A stretch of 64,000 nucleotides of DNA from Dehalococcoidia bacterium (GTDB lineage: Bacteria > Chloroflexota > Dehalococcoidia > SM23-28-2 > RBG-16-64-32), in contig CAXXTF010000002.1 of assembly GCA_963665775.2 (NCBI GenBank), positions 512,001-576,000 on the forward strand. Reading direction: 5' to 3'. Position 1 is the stretch's first letter. Each line of letters opens with the position of its first letter. Below are positions 47,245 to 57,208 of this stretch, one piece after another. The notes beneath the pieces are model-generated. The model saw only the letters and a program-made list of their open reading frames with translations, was not told the origin of the DNA and did no database searches. Made by a program: the position numbers and the translations under genes.

Positions 47245-48948
47245 CCCGAATCCACCGAAGGACACGGATGGACGGCGTGAGGACAGCGGAAGGGGGTGGG
47301 TGAGGGAGCTACAGGGGAGATGGCCTGGGGTCTTGGGGTAGATGGGAGGCCGGCGGACGGTCTTCAGTCGCCGCACAGGGCCCCTAAGGCCCTATGCGGG
47401 AGTTGCGATGCGCGGGATGGCGAGAGGATACGCAGCAGGGGACTCTCGCGACCGGGGTGGCGCGAGATTGCGGGGACGTTGGGTCAGTTGCAGGCTGGCC
47501 GTCAGGCCGGGAATGGAATGGCTTGCAGCCGGGCCAAGGCGCGACTGAACTGGGTTTCCCAAGGCCAGCGCCGGGGGAGATGCAAAGTGAGGCGGCGCGC
47601 CGAGCGGGTGATCCGTCCCACGAGAGCGAAGACCCGCCGCCTGAGGGTCTTGGTGGTCACGATCTGCTGACCCAGGCCGATGCGGGCTGTCCAGCGGGCC
47701 AGGTTATGCGCCATCACCTGGACCGCCAGCCAGGCGCCGTTGGCGGCGAAGCGCCCCGACGGCATGTGGTTCAGCCCGACGCCGTACTTGAGGTCGCGTA
47801 TGGCGTTCTCGACCTCGGCGTGGCGGCGATGATCGGCCTCCAGTTCCAGCGTCTCCCCATCGCGGTCGGTGATGAAGGCGTGATAGCTGTATCTGGCGAA
47901 GAGGGCGAGCTGGGAACCGGGCGTCGGCTTCACCCGCCGGACAATGAGCCGCACCGGCGCGGCGTCCGGCTTGGTCTGGAACGGGGTGTAAGTCGTCTCG
48001 GCGACATCGGCGGCGCCGTCCATCCAGTAGGGAATGGGAGTCCAGTCCTCCTCTGGTATCGCCTCGATCAGGTCCCGCAGGCTGGCGCGCTGGCGGATGG
48101 TGATAGAGAAGCGGACATCCATTTCCCGGCAGGCGGCAACGACAGTGTGGGCGTAGAAGCCGCTGTCGGCCCGCACCGTGAGTTGTCCCCTGGCCCCGCC
48201 GTAGCGCACCCGCCCCACCGTCTCACGCAGGAAGTGGGCGGCGCCACGGGCGGTGTTGGCCCGGCCCTCGCGCAGCCGGGACATCAGCACCTCGCCGGTG
48301 CCGGCGGCAATGGCCAGCAGCGGGTGATAGCCGCGGGCGCCGGTATAGCCGTGGTGGCGCGCTCCCTCCTTGGCCAGTCCATAGGTCTCGCAGATGGTCG
48401 AGTCCAGGTCGATGGTCAGGGGCGAGTCGCCGGGTCCGGCCCCAGCGGCCCAGGCCCGGGCCAACAACTGGCGGCTCACGCGGTCGAGTTGACGGACATG
48501 CCCCCACCGAAAGCTGCGCAGGAAGGTCCCCAGGGTGGATGGCGCCTTGACCACGCAGCCTAGAACACCGACCGTCCCACCAGCGCGCAGCGCATCGGCG
48601 TCGTCGATGCAGTCGCCGCCTGCCAGCGCGGAAGCGACCAGCGTCAGCATCTTGTCCCCAGTGTTCGCCCGTCCCGGCGCTCCGCCGAGGTCAAGGTGAT
48701 GGTCGACGAGTTCCCGCAGGCCCAGGTGCCGGGCTAGGGTGGCTGGCAGGAGCAGGCCGGCATTGGCCACCAGGCGATGGTCGTCAAAGAGGATGCGGAT
48801 ACGGTCGGGTTTGTTCTGTGGCAGCATCTATTGGGTGCTCCTTGTTTCCGGGCTGGTTTCTGTTCCAAAACCATTATCCCAGATTCAGAGGAGCACCCTC
48901 TGCCTTCTTCAAGGGCTGTCCCCAAGGCCGTCCTTCGGTGGATTCGGG
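47245..48948 (-). mobile_element. IS1380-family insertion sequence, 1704 bp
   Basis: Perfect 19-bp IRs CCCGAATCCACCGAAGGAC (47245-47263; reverse complement 48930-48948) and 5-bp TSD CTAAC (47240-47244, 48949-48953). Confidence 0.93.
47502..48827 (-). CDS. IS1380-family DDE transposase
   Basis: TIDLDST, GYHPL, LREG.A, VRADSGF, HR.HA.VEN.I..LK, PSGRF.AN. Confidence 0.93.
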   Translation of the reverse strand: MLPQNKPDRIRILFDDHRLVANAGLLLPATLARHLGLRELVDHHLDLGGAPGRANTGDKMLTLVASALAGGDCIDDADALRAGGTVGVLGCVVKAPSTLGTFLRSFRWGHVRQLDRVSRQLLARAWAAGAGPGDSPLTIDLDSTICETYGLAKEGARHHGYTGARGYHPLLAIAAGTGEVLMSRLREGRANTARGAAHFLRETVGRVRYGGARGQLTVRADSGFYAHTVVAACREMDVRFSITIRQRASLRDLIEAIPEEDWTPIPYWMDGAADVAETTYTPFQTKPDAAPVRLIVRRVKPTPGSQLALFARYSYHAFITDRDGETLELEADHRRHAEVENAIRDLKYGVGLNHMPSGRFAANGAWLAVQVMAHNLARWTARIGLGQQIVTTKTLRRRVFALVGRITRSARRLTLHLPRRWPWETQFSRALARLQAIPFPA

Positions 48949-48987
48949 CTAACCGGTAGCCTCCTCCTCTGCTACGATAGCTCCAGC

Positions 48988-50811
48988 ATGGAACAATCGC
49001 TTGTCCGCAACTTTTCCATCATCGCGCATATAGATCACGGTAAGTCCACCCTGGCCGACCGCCTCCTGGAGATCACCGGCGCCATCCCGCCACGCCAGAT
49101 GGCCGCGCAGGTGCTTGACCAGATGGAGCTAGAGCGCGAACGCGGCATCACCATAAAGGCCACCGCTGTCCGAATGGACTACCGGGCCGCCGATGGCCGA
49201 AACTACCAGCTCAACCTCATCGACACCCCAGGCCACGTCGACTTCACTTACGAGGTCTCCCGCGCCCTCGTCGCCTGCGAGGGGGCGATCCTCGTCGTCG
49301 ATGCCTCCCAGGGGATCGAAGCCCAGACCCTGGCCAACGTGTATATGGCTCTCGAACACGACCTCACCGTCATCCCTGTGATCAACAAGGTGGACCTGAC
49401 CGCCGCGGAGCCGGAGCGCGTCGCTCAGGCGCTCGTGGAGGCCATCGGCTTCGCTCAGGAGGAAGTCCTGTTCGTCTCCGCCAAAGAGGGCAGCGGCATC
49501 CCTGATCTCCTGGAAGCCATCGTCGCCCGCATCCCCCCACCCACCGGCGATGCGGCCGCCCCGCTGCGAGCCCTCATCTTCGACTCCATATACGATCCGT
49601 ATAAGGGCGTCGTCGCCTACGTCCGCATAGTCGACGGCGACCTCACCGCTCGCCAGAAGCTACGCCTCATGGCTACCGACCACCCTCTGGAACCGCTTGA
49701 GGTGGGCGTCCTCCGGCCGTCCCTCGCCTCCACTGGAGCCCTCTCCACCGGCGAGGTCGGCTACGTGGCCACCGGCCTCAAGACCGTCCGCGATTGCCAT
49801 GTGGGCGACACTATTACCGATGACGCCCAGCCGGCCGATATGCCCCTCACCGGCTACCAGCCCGCCAAGCCCATGGTCTTCGCCGGCCTCTATCCGTCCA
49901 ACGCCGAGAATTACGAGGCCCTCCGCGACGCCATGGAGAAGCTCCAGCTCAACGACGCTGCCCTCCAGTACCAGCCCGAATCTTCTATAGCCCTCGGTCC
50001 CGGCTTTCGGGCCGGCTTCCTTGGCCTCCTCCATATGGACATCGTCCAGGAGCGGCTGGAGCGAGAGTATGACCTCGACCTCCTGGCGACATCTCCCTCC
50101 GTCGAATACTGCGTCGAGCTGACGGACGGGAGCGAGCTCCCCGTCGACTCCCCAGCCGACATGCCCGACCCCAGCAGGATCGCCCGCGTGCTCGCGCCCT
50201 GGATGAAGGTCTCCATCGTCTGCCCGGACCGTTACATCGGTGCCGTCATGGAGCTGGTCACCGGCCGCCGCGGCGACTTCCTCAAGATGGACTACCTGGA
50301 GCACGAGCCGTCCGCCCGCTCGGGGGAGCGCCGAGTGCTCCTGGAGTACAAGATGCCCCTCTCCGAGATGCTGGTGGACTTCTACGACCTGCTCAAGTCG
50401 CGCACTCAGGGCTACGCCAGCATGGACTACAGCTTCGCGGATTACGCGCCGGAGCGGTTAGTCAAGCTAGATGTTCTGATTAACGGCGTCCCCGTTGACG
50501 CCTTGAGCCTCCTCGTCCATCAGGAGAATGCGCAGCAGCAGGGGCGAGCCCTGGTGGAGAAGCTGCGCTCCCTCATCCCGCGACAGATGTTCGAGGTGCC
50601 GATACAGGCGGCGATAGGCGGCCGCGTCGTCGCCCGCGAGACGGTGCGAGCCATGCGAAAGAACGTGCTGGCCAAGTGCTACGGCGGCGACGTGACCCGC
50701 AAGCGGAAGCTGCTGGAGAAGCAGCGCGAGGGGAAGAAGCGCATGAAACGAGTGGGCAACGTGGAGATTCCCCAGGAGGCGTTCATGTCGCTACTGCGCA
50801 TCGGTAAGTAG
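48988..50811 (+). CDS. lepA: translation elongation factor 4
   Basis: [41 protein letters not shown]; start reassigned to ATG 48988. Confidence 0.98.
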   Translation: MEQSLVRNFSIIAHIDHGKSTLADRLLEITGAIPPRQMAAQVLDQMELERERGITIKATAVRMDYRAADGRNYQLNLIDTPGHVDFTYEVSRALVACEGAILVVDASQGIEAQTLANVYMALEHDLTVIPVINKVDLTAAEPERVAQALVEAIGFAQEEVLFVSAKEGSGIPDLLEAIVARIPPPTGDAAAPLRALIFDSIYDPYKGVVAYVRIVDGDLTARQKLRLMATDHPLEPLEVGVLRPSLASTGALSTGEVGYVATGLKTVRDCHVGDTITDDAQPADMPLTGYQPAKPMVFAGLYPSNAENYEALRDAMEKLQLNDAALQYQPESSIALGPGFRAGFLGLLHMDIVQERLEREYDLDLLATSPSVEYCVELTDGSELPVDSPADMPDPSRIARVLAPWMKVSIVCPDRYIGAVMELVTGRRGDFLKMDYLEHEPSARSGERRVLLEYKMPLSEMLVDFYDLLKSRTQGYASMDYSFADYAPERLVKLDVLINGVPVDALSLLVHQENAQQQGRALVEKLRSLIPRQMFEVPIQAAIGGRVVARETVRAMRKNVLAKCYGGDVTRKRKLLEKQREGKKRMKRVGNVEIPQEAFMSLLRIGK

Positions 50812-50833
50812 GCATTACGGAGAGCGTTGCGTC

Positions 50834-51046
50834 ATGAAGGGCCCTCGCGGCATCAGCGACGAGGTGGTGCGGGCCAGAACGGGGAAGGGCTCCGACGAAT
50901 GGTACCGGCTGCTGGACGAGTGGGGCGCCGCGGACAGGGGCCATACGCTCACGGCCAGGCATCTGGCCCAGGAGTACGGTCTCTCCCCCTGGTGGGCGCA
51001 ATGCGTGACGATCCGCTACGAGTGGGAGAAGGGGCTAAGGGACTAG
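50834..51046 (+). CDS. small DUF4287-like protein
   Basis: V.ARTGK...EW..LL...H....HL...YGL..WWAQ. Confidence 0.65.
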   Translation: MKGPRGISDEVVRARTGKGSDEWYRLLDEWGAADRGHTLTARHLAQEYGLSPWWAQCVTIRYEWEKGLRD

Positions 51047-51453
51047 GCTTGGCGAAGCCCCCGCGCCCGCTCGATAAGCTCCGGCAACTCCTCCACCAAC
51101 TGCGAGCGCGCCACCACCACGTCGCAGCCCGCACGACGAGCGTCGCGCAGCAGCTCCGGCTTGGTGTGCTGGCCGAAGGCGAGCACAGGTATGGGGCCGG
51201 CAGTGGGATCTTTGGCCGCCGCCACCACATCTTCCCATCGGAGGTCGTCGGCCTGCAGGTCCAGGACCAGTAGCGCCGCCGGCCCTGAGCGGAGCGCCTG
51301 GCGAGCCTCCTCAGCGGTGTCGGCGACAGCGACCTCGTAGCCGAGTGCCTTTGCCCCCTCGGTGACGCGGGAGAGCCGCATGAGATCGGTAGCCACCACA
51401 ACCAAGCGCCGCGGCGCATCAGCGTCGGCGCCGGAAACCTCGGTCACGTCCAA
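51043..51453 (-). CDS. atypical stand-alone receiver-domain protein; start uncertain
   Basis: LLVLDL, PVLAFG.H, A..AGCD.VV.RS. Confidence 0.7.
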   Translation of the reverse strand: MDVTEVSGADADAPRRLVVVATDLMRLSRVTEGAKALGYEVAVADTAEEARQALRSGPAALLVLDLQADDLRWEDVVAAAKDPTAGPIPVLAFGQHTKPELLRDARRAGCDVVVARSQLVEELPELIERARGLRQA

Positions 51454-51466
51454 CCTCGGCTGCCCA

Positions 51467-51688
51467 TCAGGGATGCCCTTCCAGCCGCCTGTAATCCTTC
51501 ATGCAGAGCAAGCGCAGCCGTTTCTCCGGGACGCCATCCATCTGCTTCCAGGAGCCCGGGCCAATCATGATCTGGCTGCCGCAGGTTGCACACTCGCCTG
51601 CCGGCTTGCTCCCATCGATCATATCGATGTTCTGCTCGGCCAGGTCAGCCTCCGTGAATCCCACGATGAGAACCTTGTCATCGCTCAT
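51467..51688 (-). CDS. small hypothetical protein with CxxC
   Basis: SD GGGAG; CATC and LCMKD; TGn-TATACT upstream on the minus strand. Confidence 0.55.
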   Translation of the reverse strand: MSDDKVLIVGFTEADLAEQNIDMIDGSKPAGECATCGSQIMIGPGSWKQMDGVPEKRLRLLCMKDYRRLEGHP

Positions 51689-51808
51689 TGTGTGCTCCCC
51701 CCTAGCGGCTTTGCACCCAGTATAACATGGTGAGGGAGCGTAATTTCGACTCCATAATGTGTCGCCAGCCTCTCGTAAAACGACACCATAAGGCGTAAAA
51801 TACGCTGC

Positions 51809-52237
51809 ATGAGTAGCGCAAAACGGGAACGGCCTGAGATCGACGTTTCCTTGCTGGACCGGGTGGCATCCCTTCCCCCCTCAGCACAGAGGTGGCTGAA
51901 GGCGGCCTTGGAGGCGATCGAGACGATCGACACGATCGAGACGATCGACCCGGCGGCGGAGCAGGAGGAGGCGAAACGCCAGCCTCCCGCCGAGATGCCG
52001 CCTCCGCCAAGTCGCCGCGTGGGCCTGGACGACATGCTGAGCGGCGACGCCGATCTGAGCGAGCTGGAAGAGGCCTACCCTGAGCTGATCGAGGAGCTAC
52101 GGGACATCGCTGACATAGCCAGCCTGCTGCAAGACGCAGGCCGCGCTCGACGCAGCCTGGGCGAGCGGATCCTCCGGGAGCAGATCCTCGGAGACCAAGA
52201 GCCCGATGAAGAGCGAGAGCCCGAAGAGGACGGCTAG
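51809..52237 (+). CDS. acidic hypothetical protein
   Basis: TAAAAT 7 nt before the ATG; GC-ending codons; 9-bp tandem repeat x4 (51915-51950). Confidence 0.65.
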   Translation: MSSAKRERPEIDVSLLDRVASLPPSAQRWLKAALEAIETIDTIETIDPAAEQEEAKRQPPAEMPPPPSRRVGLDDMLSGDADLSELEEAYPELIEELRDIADIASLLQDAGRARRSLGERILREQILGDQEPDEEREPEEDG

Positions 52238-52704
52238 CCCCTCTTCTCCCGCAGGGCGATCACTAGACGGCGTGGGGCCAGGTCGAGCAGCTCCTCATCG
52301 GTAGCGCGGGCGGGAATCCCGTAGAAGTACCGGCTAGCCCGGGGGAAGGCCCGGTTGAACAGCCGCAACACGCGGGCCACTGTCTGGGCATCGGTGACCC
52401 GCTCGGCTACCGCCTGGAAGCGGCGGTTGCCAATCTGCACCCACACGTTAGGCTCCCTGGCCAGGTTGCGGTGCCAGTTACTGTGGGACCCGGCCTCGGA
52501 CAGCAGGTAGGGGATGCCGTCGATCCGATGGTAGGACAGGGGAGTGGTGCGAGGGCGGCCGCTCTTGCGGCCGGTGGTGGTCAGCAAGAGCACGTTGCGC
52601 CCCAGGAGCGGGCCTAGACCCAGCCGGTAAAAAAGGATGGGGGTTCTCGCCAGCACCGCGGCAATACCCCGGTTCCGGTGGGATGGTGGCACCTCGTCCT
52701 TCAT
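52234..52704 (-). CDS. deazaflavin (F420)-dependent nitroreductase family protein
   Basis: LLLTTTGRKSGRPRTTPL, NWHRNL..P.V.VQ. Confidence 0.88.
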   Translation of the reverse strand: MKDEVPPSHRNRGIAAVLARTPILFYRLGLGPLLGRNVLLLTTTGRKSGRPRTTPLSYHRIDGIPYLLSEAGSHSNWHRNLAREPNVWVQIGNRRFQAVAERVTDAQTVARVLRLFNRAFPRASRYFYGIPARATDEELLDLAPRRLVIALREKRG

Positions 52705-52745
52705 AGCAAGTTACTGGGCAAGTCACTGGCCCTGGGCTTTCGCCC

Positions 52746-53546
52746 CTACATCATGATAAGGTCTTCGCCACCGTCCACCAGCAGCACGTTACCCGTGCTC
52801 CAAGCGCTATCCTCTCTCGAGATGAGGGCTATGGTGCGCGCAACATCCTCGGCGGCGGTGATGCGCCCGCCCGGGTTGTGCTCGCGACCGAACTCCAGCA
52901 TCTGCTCGTGCCCGGGGATCTTGCGCAGGGCAGCGGTGTCTGTGATGCCGGCCTGGATGGCGTTTACCGCGATACCCCGCGACGAGAGCTCGACGGCGAG
53001 GTGCCGAACGTGGTACTCCAGGGCAGCCTTGGCACAGCCGGTTGGGCCGTAGGAGGGGAGAACGCGGTGCGAACCGGAGCTCGTCATGGCGAACAGCTTG
53101 GAGCCCGGTCCCAGCAGCTCGCGGTAGTACAGGTCCTGAACCCAGTAGACCAGGCTATGCGCCATGACATCTAGGGTCATCTCCATCTGCTTCTGTGACA
53201 CCGCCTGTGTCGGGTCATCGGGCACGTACGGCCGCAGGGAGCCGAAGGCGAGGGAATGCATTACGACGCGCAGGCGTTCGTCCGGGGCCAGACGTTCCCT
53301 GATGTCGGCGACGACTTGGGCGCGCTTCTCGGCATCGGCGGCGTTGATGTTGAAAAAGACCGCCTGCCGGCCCAGCCCCTCGATTTGCTCAGCCACCCGC
53401 CGGGCCTGAGGAAGAGTGGCTCGTAGATCGAGATGTACGCCGAAGATGTTCATCCCGCCCCGAGCCAGCTCTAGGGCCGTGGCAGCGCCGTGCCCGCTGG
53501 AGGCGCCCAGGATCAGGGCCCACCTATCCTTCAGGTTGTTGTTCAC
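52746..53546 (-). CDS. SDR oxidoreductase, FabL-like enoyl-ACP reductase
   Basis: LGASSG.G, Yx6K (YGPTGCAKAALE), TDT.AL..IPG, VDGG. Confidence 0.8.
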   Translation of the reverse strand: MNNNLKDRWALILGASSGHGAATALELARGGMNIFGVHLDLRATLPQARRVAEQIEGLGRQAVFFNINAADAEKRAQVVADIRERLAPDERLRVVMHSLAFGSLRPYVPDDPTQAVSQKQMEMTLDVMAHSLVYWVQDLYYRELLGPGSKLFAMTSSGSHRVLPSYGPTGCAKAALEYHVRHLAVELSSRGIAVNAIQAGITDTAALRKIPGHEQMLEFGREHNPGGRITAAEDVARTIALISREDSAWSTGNVLLVDGGEDLIMM

Positions 53547-53578
53547 GAGACCTCCTTACGAGAGCGCATCCTCACGTT

Positions 53579-54448
53579 TCAGGTTAACCGCAACGACGAG
53601 AGGTAGGACTTCAGCTCCGGGCCTATATCCTCGCGCCCCAGGGCCAGCGAGAGCGAAGCCTTGAGCAGCCCGATAGGACGACCCGTATCGAAGCGCTCGC
53701 CCCTATACTGGCAGGCGTACAGAGGATGGCCCTCACTTATGAGCATGGACAGCGTGTCCGTGAGCTGGATCTCGCCGGAAACGCCGGCAGGGGTGCGCTC
53801 CAACAAGGGCCACACCTCCGGCCCGAGAACATAGCGGCCAACGGCAGCCAGGTCCGAGGGCGCCTCCTCAGCCCTCGGCTTCTCCACGATGCCGCGCACC
53901 CGGAATACTCGCTCCTCCACCGCCTCCGGGGTGATCACCCCGTAGTGCACCACCTCCTCCGAAGGTAGCCGCTGTACCGCCAGTACGCTACCCCCGTACC
54001 GCTCATGCACGTCGATGAGCTGCCGAATGGCCGGCACCTCGGACACGATCACGTCGTCCGGAAAGAAGAGGGCAAACGGCTCATCCCCCACCACGCGACG
54101 GGCCATCAGAACGGCGTGGGCAATGCCTCTCCGCTCCTTCTGCCTGACGAACGAGATGTCCACTATCTCTGCCAGGCGGCGTACCTCGCGCAGCATGGCT
54201 TCGTTGCCCGTCTCGGACAGCACGCGCTCCAGATCAGCATCCCGATCGAAGTGATCCTCGACAGCGCGCTTGGGGCCACTGGTGACCATGACGATATGCT
54301 CCAGCCCGGCCGCCACCGCCTCCTCCACTATGTACTGGATGACCGGACGGTCGACGACGGGGAGCATCTCCTTGGGAACAGCCTTGGTGGCCGGCAGGAA
54401 GCGGGTGCCATAGCCTGCAGCCAGGAGGACGGCCTTGCGAACCTTCAT
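53579..54448 (-). CDS. galU: UTP-glucose-1-phosphate uridylyltransferase
   Basis: AAG.GTRFLPATKAVPKEMLP, VEKP, GEIQLTD. Confidence 0.95.
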   Translation of the reverse strand: MKVRKAVLLAAGYGTRFLPATKAVPKEMLPVVDRPVIQYIVEEAVAAGLEHIVMVTSGPKRAVEDHFDRDADLERVLSETGNEAMLREVRRLAEIVDISFVRQKERRGIAHAVLMARRVVGDEPFALFFPDDVIVSEVPAIRQLIDVHERYGGSVLAVQRLPSEEVVHYGVITPEAVEERVFRVRGIVEKPRAEEAPSDLAAVGRYVLGPEVWPLLERTPAGVSGEIQLTDTLSMLISEGHPLYACQYRGERFDTGRPIGLLKASLSLALGREDIGPELKSYLSSLRLT

Positions 54449-54630
54449 CTGAGGCGCGGCGCTCCTTTCCTCTTTCGCTAGGCGGTAGTCTACCGCAGGG
54501 CCCTGTCGCTAGCAAGTAAAAACCGTCTGTTCCCGCCCCCGGGCGCTGCTGGGCCACTGCCGTCACTCGCAGGCAACGCACCCCCGGTTGGCCCCGGGAT
54601 ATAGGCGCTTCTTTAGCTGCCTGGTTAGCC

Positions 54631-54661
54631 TTGACAACAACCTTTCCCGTCATGGTACGAT
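54631..54661 (+). promoter_or_regulatory. SRP RNA promoter
   Basis: TTGACA-N19-TACGAT with TG extension, 7 nt before the RNA 5' end. Confidence 0.6.
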
Positions 54662-54668
54662 GGCCTGC

Positions 54669-54937
54669 GGTCGTGCTAGACGGGGAGCTAGCGGTGCCCT
54701 GTACTCGCAATCCGCTATAGCGAGGTCGAATTCCCGCTCGAGGTCTTGGCGCCGTAGGGACTGTCCTTGATAAGTGGTGTTGATAGCCTGGCCCTGCGCG
54801 GCGGGACCCTGTGAACTCCGTCAGGCCCGGAAGGGAGCAGCGGTAAGCGGTGAGTTCCGGGTGCCGCAGGTATAACCGGGCAGGAGCTGGCTGTTAAGGG
54901 TAAGCCTGCGAGCCGGATCGACAGCGGGTGCACGACC
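54669..54937 (+). ncRNA. ffs: large (Alu-domain) bacterial SRP RNA
   Basis: Terminal stem GGTCGTGC/GCACGACC; Alu motif GGGGAG.TAGCGGTGCCCTGTAC; domain IV GTCAGG.CCGGAAGG.AGCAGC; colinear with B. subtilis scRNA. Confidence 0.95.
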
Positions 54938-54983
54938 ATTATCAGATAGGCAGGCCCGCCGAGGCGGGCCCCATCAGGCTGAG

Positions 54984-56324
54984 GTGGTCTTGGCGAATTC
55001 AGGGACCGACAGGCGTCGCTCCGGCAGTGGGCGCGCGCAGCGTAACGACGAGCTGTCCCCCCGGATAGCGAACCTCCCCAATAGCAGCCTTCACTTGGCC
55101 CTGCTGATGGCGACGGCGGTGGCTCTCCTGATCGCTGTGGTTGTTCCCATCCGTGCCTTTGCCAGCGGCCAGGGGACGCCGGACACTCCCATCGCCATCG
55201 GTGCCGGCTTGACGGCTGCCCTGGACCCTCAGGCTCAGAGCATAGCCAGTATCCCGGCGGAGGCGAGCGATTCCTCGGCGTACTCGGCGTTCGCCTCTCT
55301 AGAGAGGCTGCAGTCTCTTCCCGGTGCCACCCTGGTGCCACCGTCCCTGCTGGCTGCCGTGGGCAGAATCGTGGCCAGCGGAGTGGTGCAGTTCCCTCAG
55401 TTACAGGCAGCCCTGCTGGTTCAGTGGCAGCAGCCCGTCCCGATTACCATCTACCAACAGGGCCTCCCCTCGATACATCTGACCTTCGGCTTCACAGTGG
55501 GCCAGGCCCTGGCCGGTCAGAACATCACGATCGGCCCCTATGACCGCCTCTCGCCGGCCCCAGAGACGGCCCTCGTCCCGGGGCTCCATGTTTACGTGCA
55601 ATATGCCAGCCTAGTGGACCTCGTCGTGAACGGGGAACAGTGGACGGCCTACACCCACGTCGCCACCGTCGGCGACTTCCTGGACGAAGCCGAGGTCAAG
55701 CTGGGGCCGCTCGATCGTGTGTCCCCCGGCCTCACCGAGCCTATCGGCCGGAGCACGCAGGTCGAGGTCACGAGCGTCGACGCGGCCATCGAGTATCTGG
55801 AGGAACCGCTCCCGTTCGACACCATCTACCGGGGCGACGCGAGCCTGTTGGAGGGCGACCGCACGCTGATCCAGGCTGGAAGTGCCGGTCTCGTCCGCAA
55901 GGCCTACCTGATTCACTACGAGAACGGAATCTACGTCGGACGCCAGCTCCTCGGGGAGACGACCGTACAGGCCACCGATGAGATCATCGGCCTGGGCATT
56001 CAGGTGGTCGCCAGGCCGGAGCCTCCGCCGGAGGGTGAGTTGGAATGCGCCGACACCATGACCGTGTGGGCCACCTGGTACACGGCGGCCAACGGCGGCG
56101 GCTCCGGGATAACATTTACGGGTACGGCCGTCTACAAGGGGATCGTCGCCGTGGACCCCAGCGTCATCCCCCTGGGCACGGAGATGTACATCCCGGGCTA
56201 CGGATACGGCCTGGCCGCCGACACCGGCGGCGGCGTCATCGGCAACTGGATCGACCTGGGATACGGTCCAGACGATGTGTACGATTGGGCTACGGGCTGG
56301 GTGGATATCTGCATCCTGGGCTAG
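54984..56324 (+). CDS. DUF348-G5-3D domain cell-wall protein (YabE/RpfB-like); start uncertain
   Basis: TM segment, two TVG..L...DR.SP repeats, G5 domain, VAVDP.VIPLGT.MYIPGYG...AADTGG...IDL. Confidence 0.88.
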   Translation: MVLANSGTDRRRSGSGRAQRNDELSPRIANLPNSSLHLALLMATAVALLIAVVVPIRAFASGQGTPDTPIAIGAGLTAALDPQAQSIASIPAEASDSSAYSAFASLERLQSLPGATLVPPSLLAAVGRIVASGVVQFPQLQAALLVQWQQPVPITIYQQGLPSIHLTFGFTVGQALAGQNITIGPYDRLSPAPETALVPGLHVYVQYASLVDLVVNGEQWTAYTHVATVGDFLDEAEVKLGPLDRVSPGLTEPIGRSTQVEVTSVDAAIEYLEEPLPFDTIYRGDASLLEGDRTLIQAGSAGLVRKAYLIHYENGIYVGRQLLGETTVQATDEIIGLGIQVVARPEPPPEGELECADTMTVWATWYTAANGGGSGITFTGTAVYKGIVAVDPSVIPLGTEMYIPGYGYGLAADTGGGVIGNWIDLGYGPDDVYDWATGWVDICILG

Positions 56325-56375
56325 AGGAGATCTGGCAATAGAGCGCGGGCCCGCCCGGTATCGTATCATGGCCGT

Positions 56376-57203
56376 GTGACGGAGCCCCGCCGAAACCGCC
56401 CCCGAAAGTCCCTGGGCCAGCACTGGTTGGTGGATCGCCGGCTCCTGAACCGCATCGCCGCCGCGGCGGACCCCGGGCCAGAAGATACCGTTCTGGAGAT
56501 TGGCGCCGGCACCGGCCTTCTGACAGACGCCCTGGCCCAACGCGCAGCACGCCTCATCGCCGTGGAGGTCGATCCTGATCTGGCCGAGCGACTCCGACAG
56601 CACTTTGTCGATCGCCCTGAGGTCTCCGTCGTCGCCGCCGATGCCCTGTCAGTTCCGCCAGAAGAGCTGCTAACCGCCGCTGGCGGCCGCCCGCCCTACA
56701 TGCTGGTAGGGAACCTCCCCTATTTCATCGGCACGGCTATAGTGCGGCACTTTCTGCGCGCCGCCGTACCACCCCGCCAACTGCTGGTCACGCTCCAGGC
56801 GGACGTGGCAGAAAGGATCGCCGCCGGGCCGGGCCGCATGAGCTATCTCAGCGTGGAGACACAGCTCTTCGCCCAGGCCCGGATACTGTTTTTCCTCCCG
56901 CCCAGCGCCTTCCGGCCGCCGCCGAAGGTGCGTTCGGCCCTCCTCCGCCTCGATGCCCGCGACCGCATCGCCGTGGACGTGGACGATCCCGAAGCGTTCC
57001 TCCGCCTCGTGCAGGCGGGCTTCGCCGCCCCCCGCAAGCGAACCCGCAACTCCCTGGCGGTAGGCCTCAGGGCCAGCCCCTCGCAAGCGGGTGCGATGCT
57101 GTGCGCCGCAGCCATCGATGAGGGGCTGCGACCGGCCGGCCTCAGCCTGGAAGACTGGGCGCGGCTGTACGTGGCGTACCGACAGCCCGCCGGAGCAGAA
57201 TAG
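56376..57203 (+). CDS. rsmA: 16S rRNA A1518/A1519 dimethyltransferase
   Basis: KSLGQHWL, LEIGAGTG, GNLPY, F.PPPKV.S. Confidence 0.95.
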   Translation: MTEPRRNRPRKSLGQHWLVDRRLLNRIAAAADPGPEDTVLEIGAGTGLLTDALAQRAARLIAVEVDPDLAERLRQHFVDRPEVSVVAADALSVPPEELLTAAGGRPPYMLVGNLPYFIGTAIVRHFLRAAVPPRQLLVTLQADVAERIAAGPGRMSYLSVETQLFAQARILFFLPPSAFRPPPKVRSALLRLDARDRIAVDVDDPEAFLRLVQAGFAAPRKRTRNSLAVGLRASPSQAGAMLCAAAIDEGLRPAGLSLEDWARLYVAYRQPAGAE

Positions 57204-57208
57204 CACTC

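Noticed and set aside
44890-48948. tRNA-anchored genomic island ending at the IS
   Set aside because: No integrase, no duplicated tRNA 3' end seen, and oppDF have host-like codon usage
48739-48987. N-terminal extension of LepA in the ORF track
   Set aside because: It is read-through from IS sequence; the conserved protein starts at ATG 48988
54940-55110. c-di-AMP (ydaO) riboswitch before the 3D/G5 gene
   Set aside because: The conserved GCUGAAUC/GGGGGAACC/CAGCUAAC elements are absent
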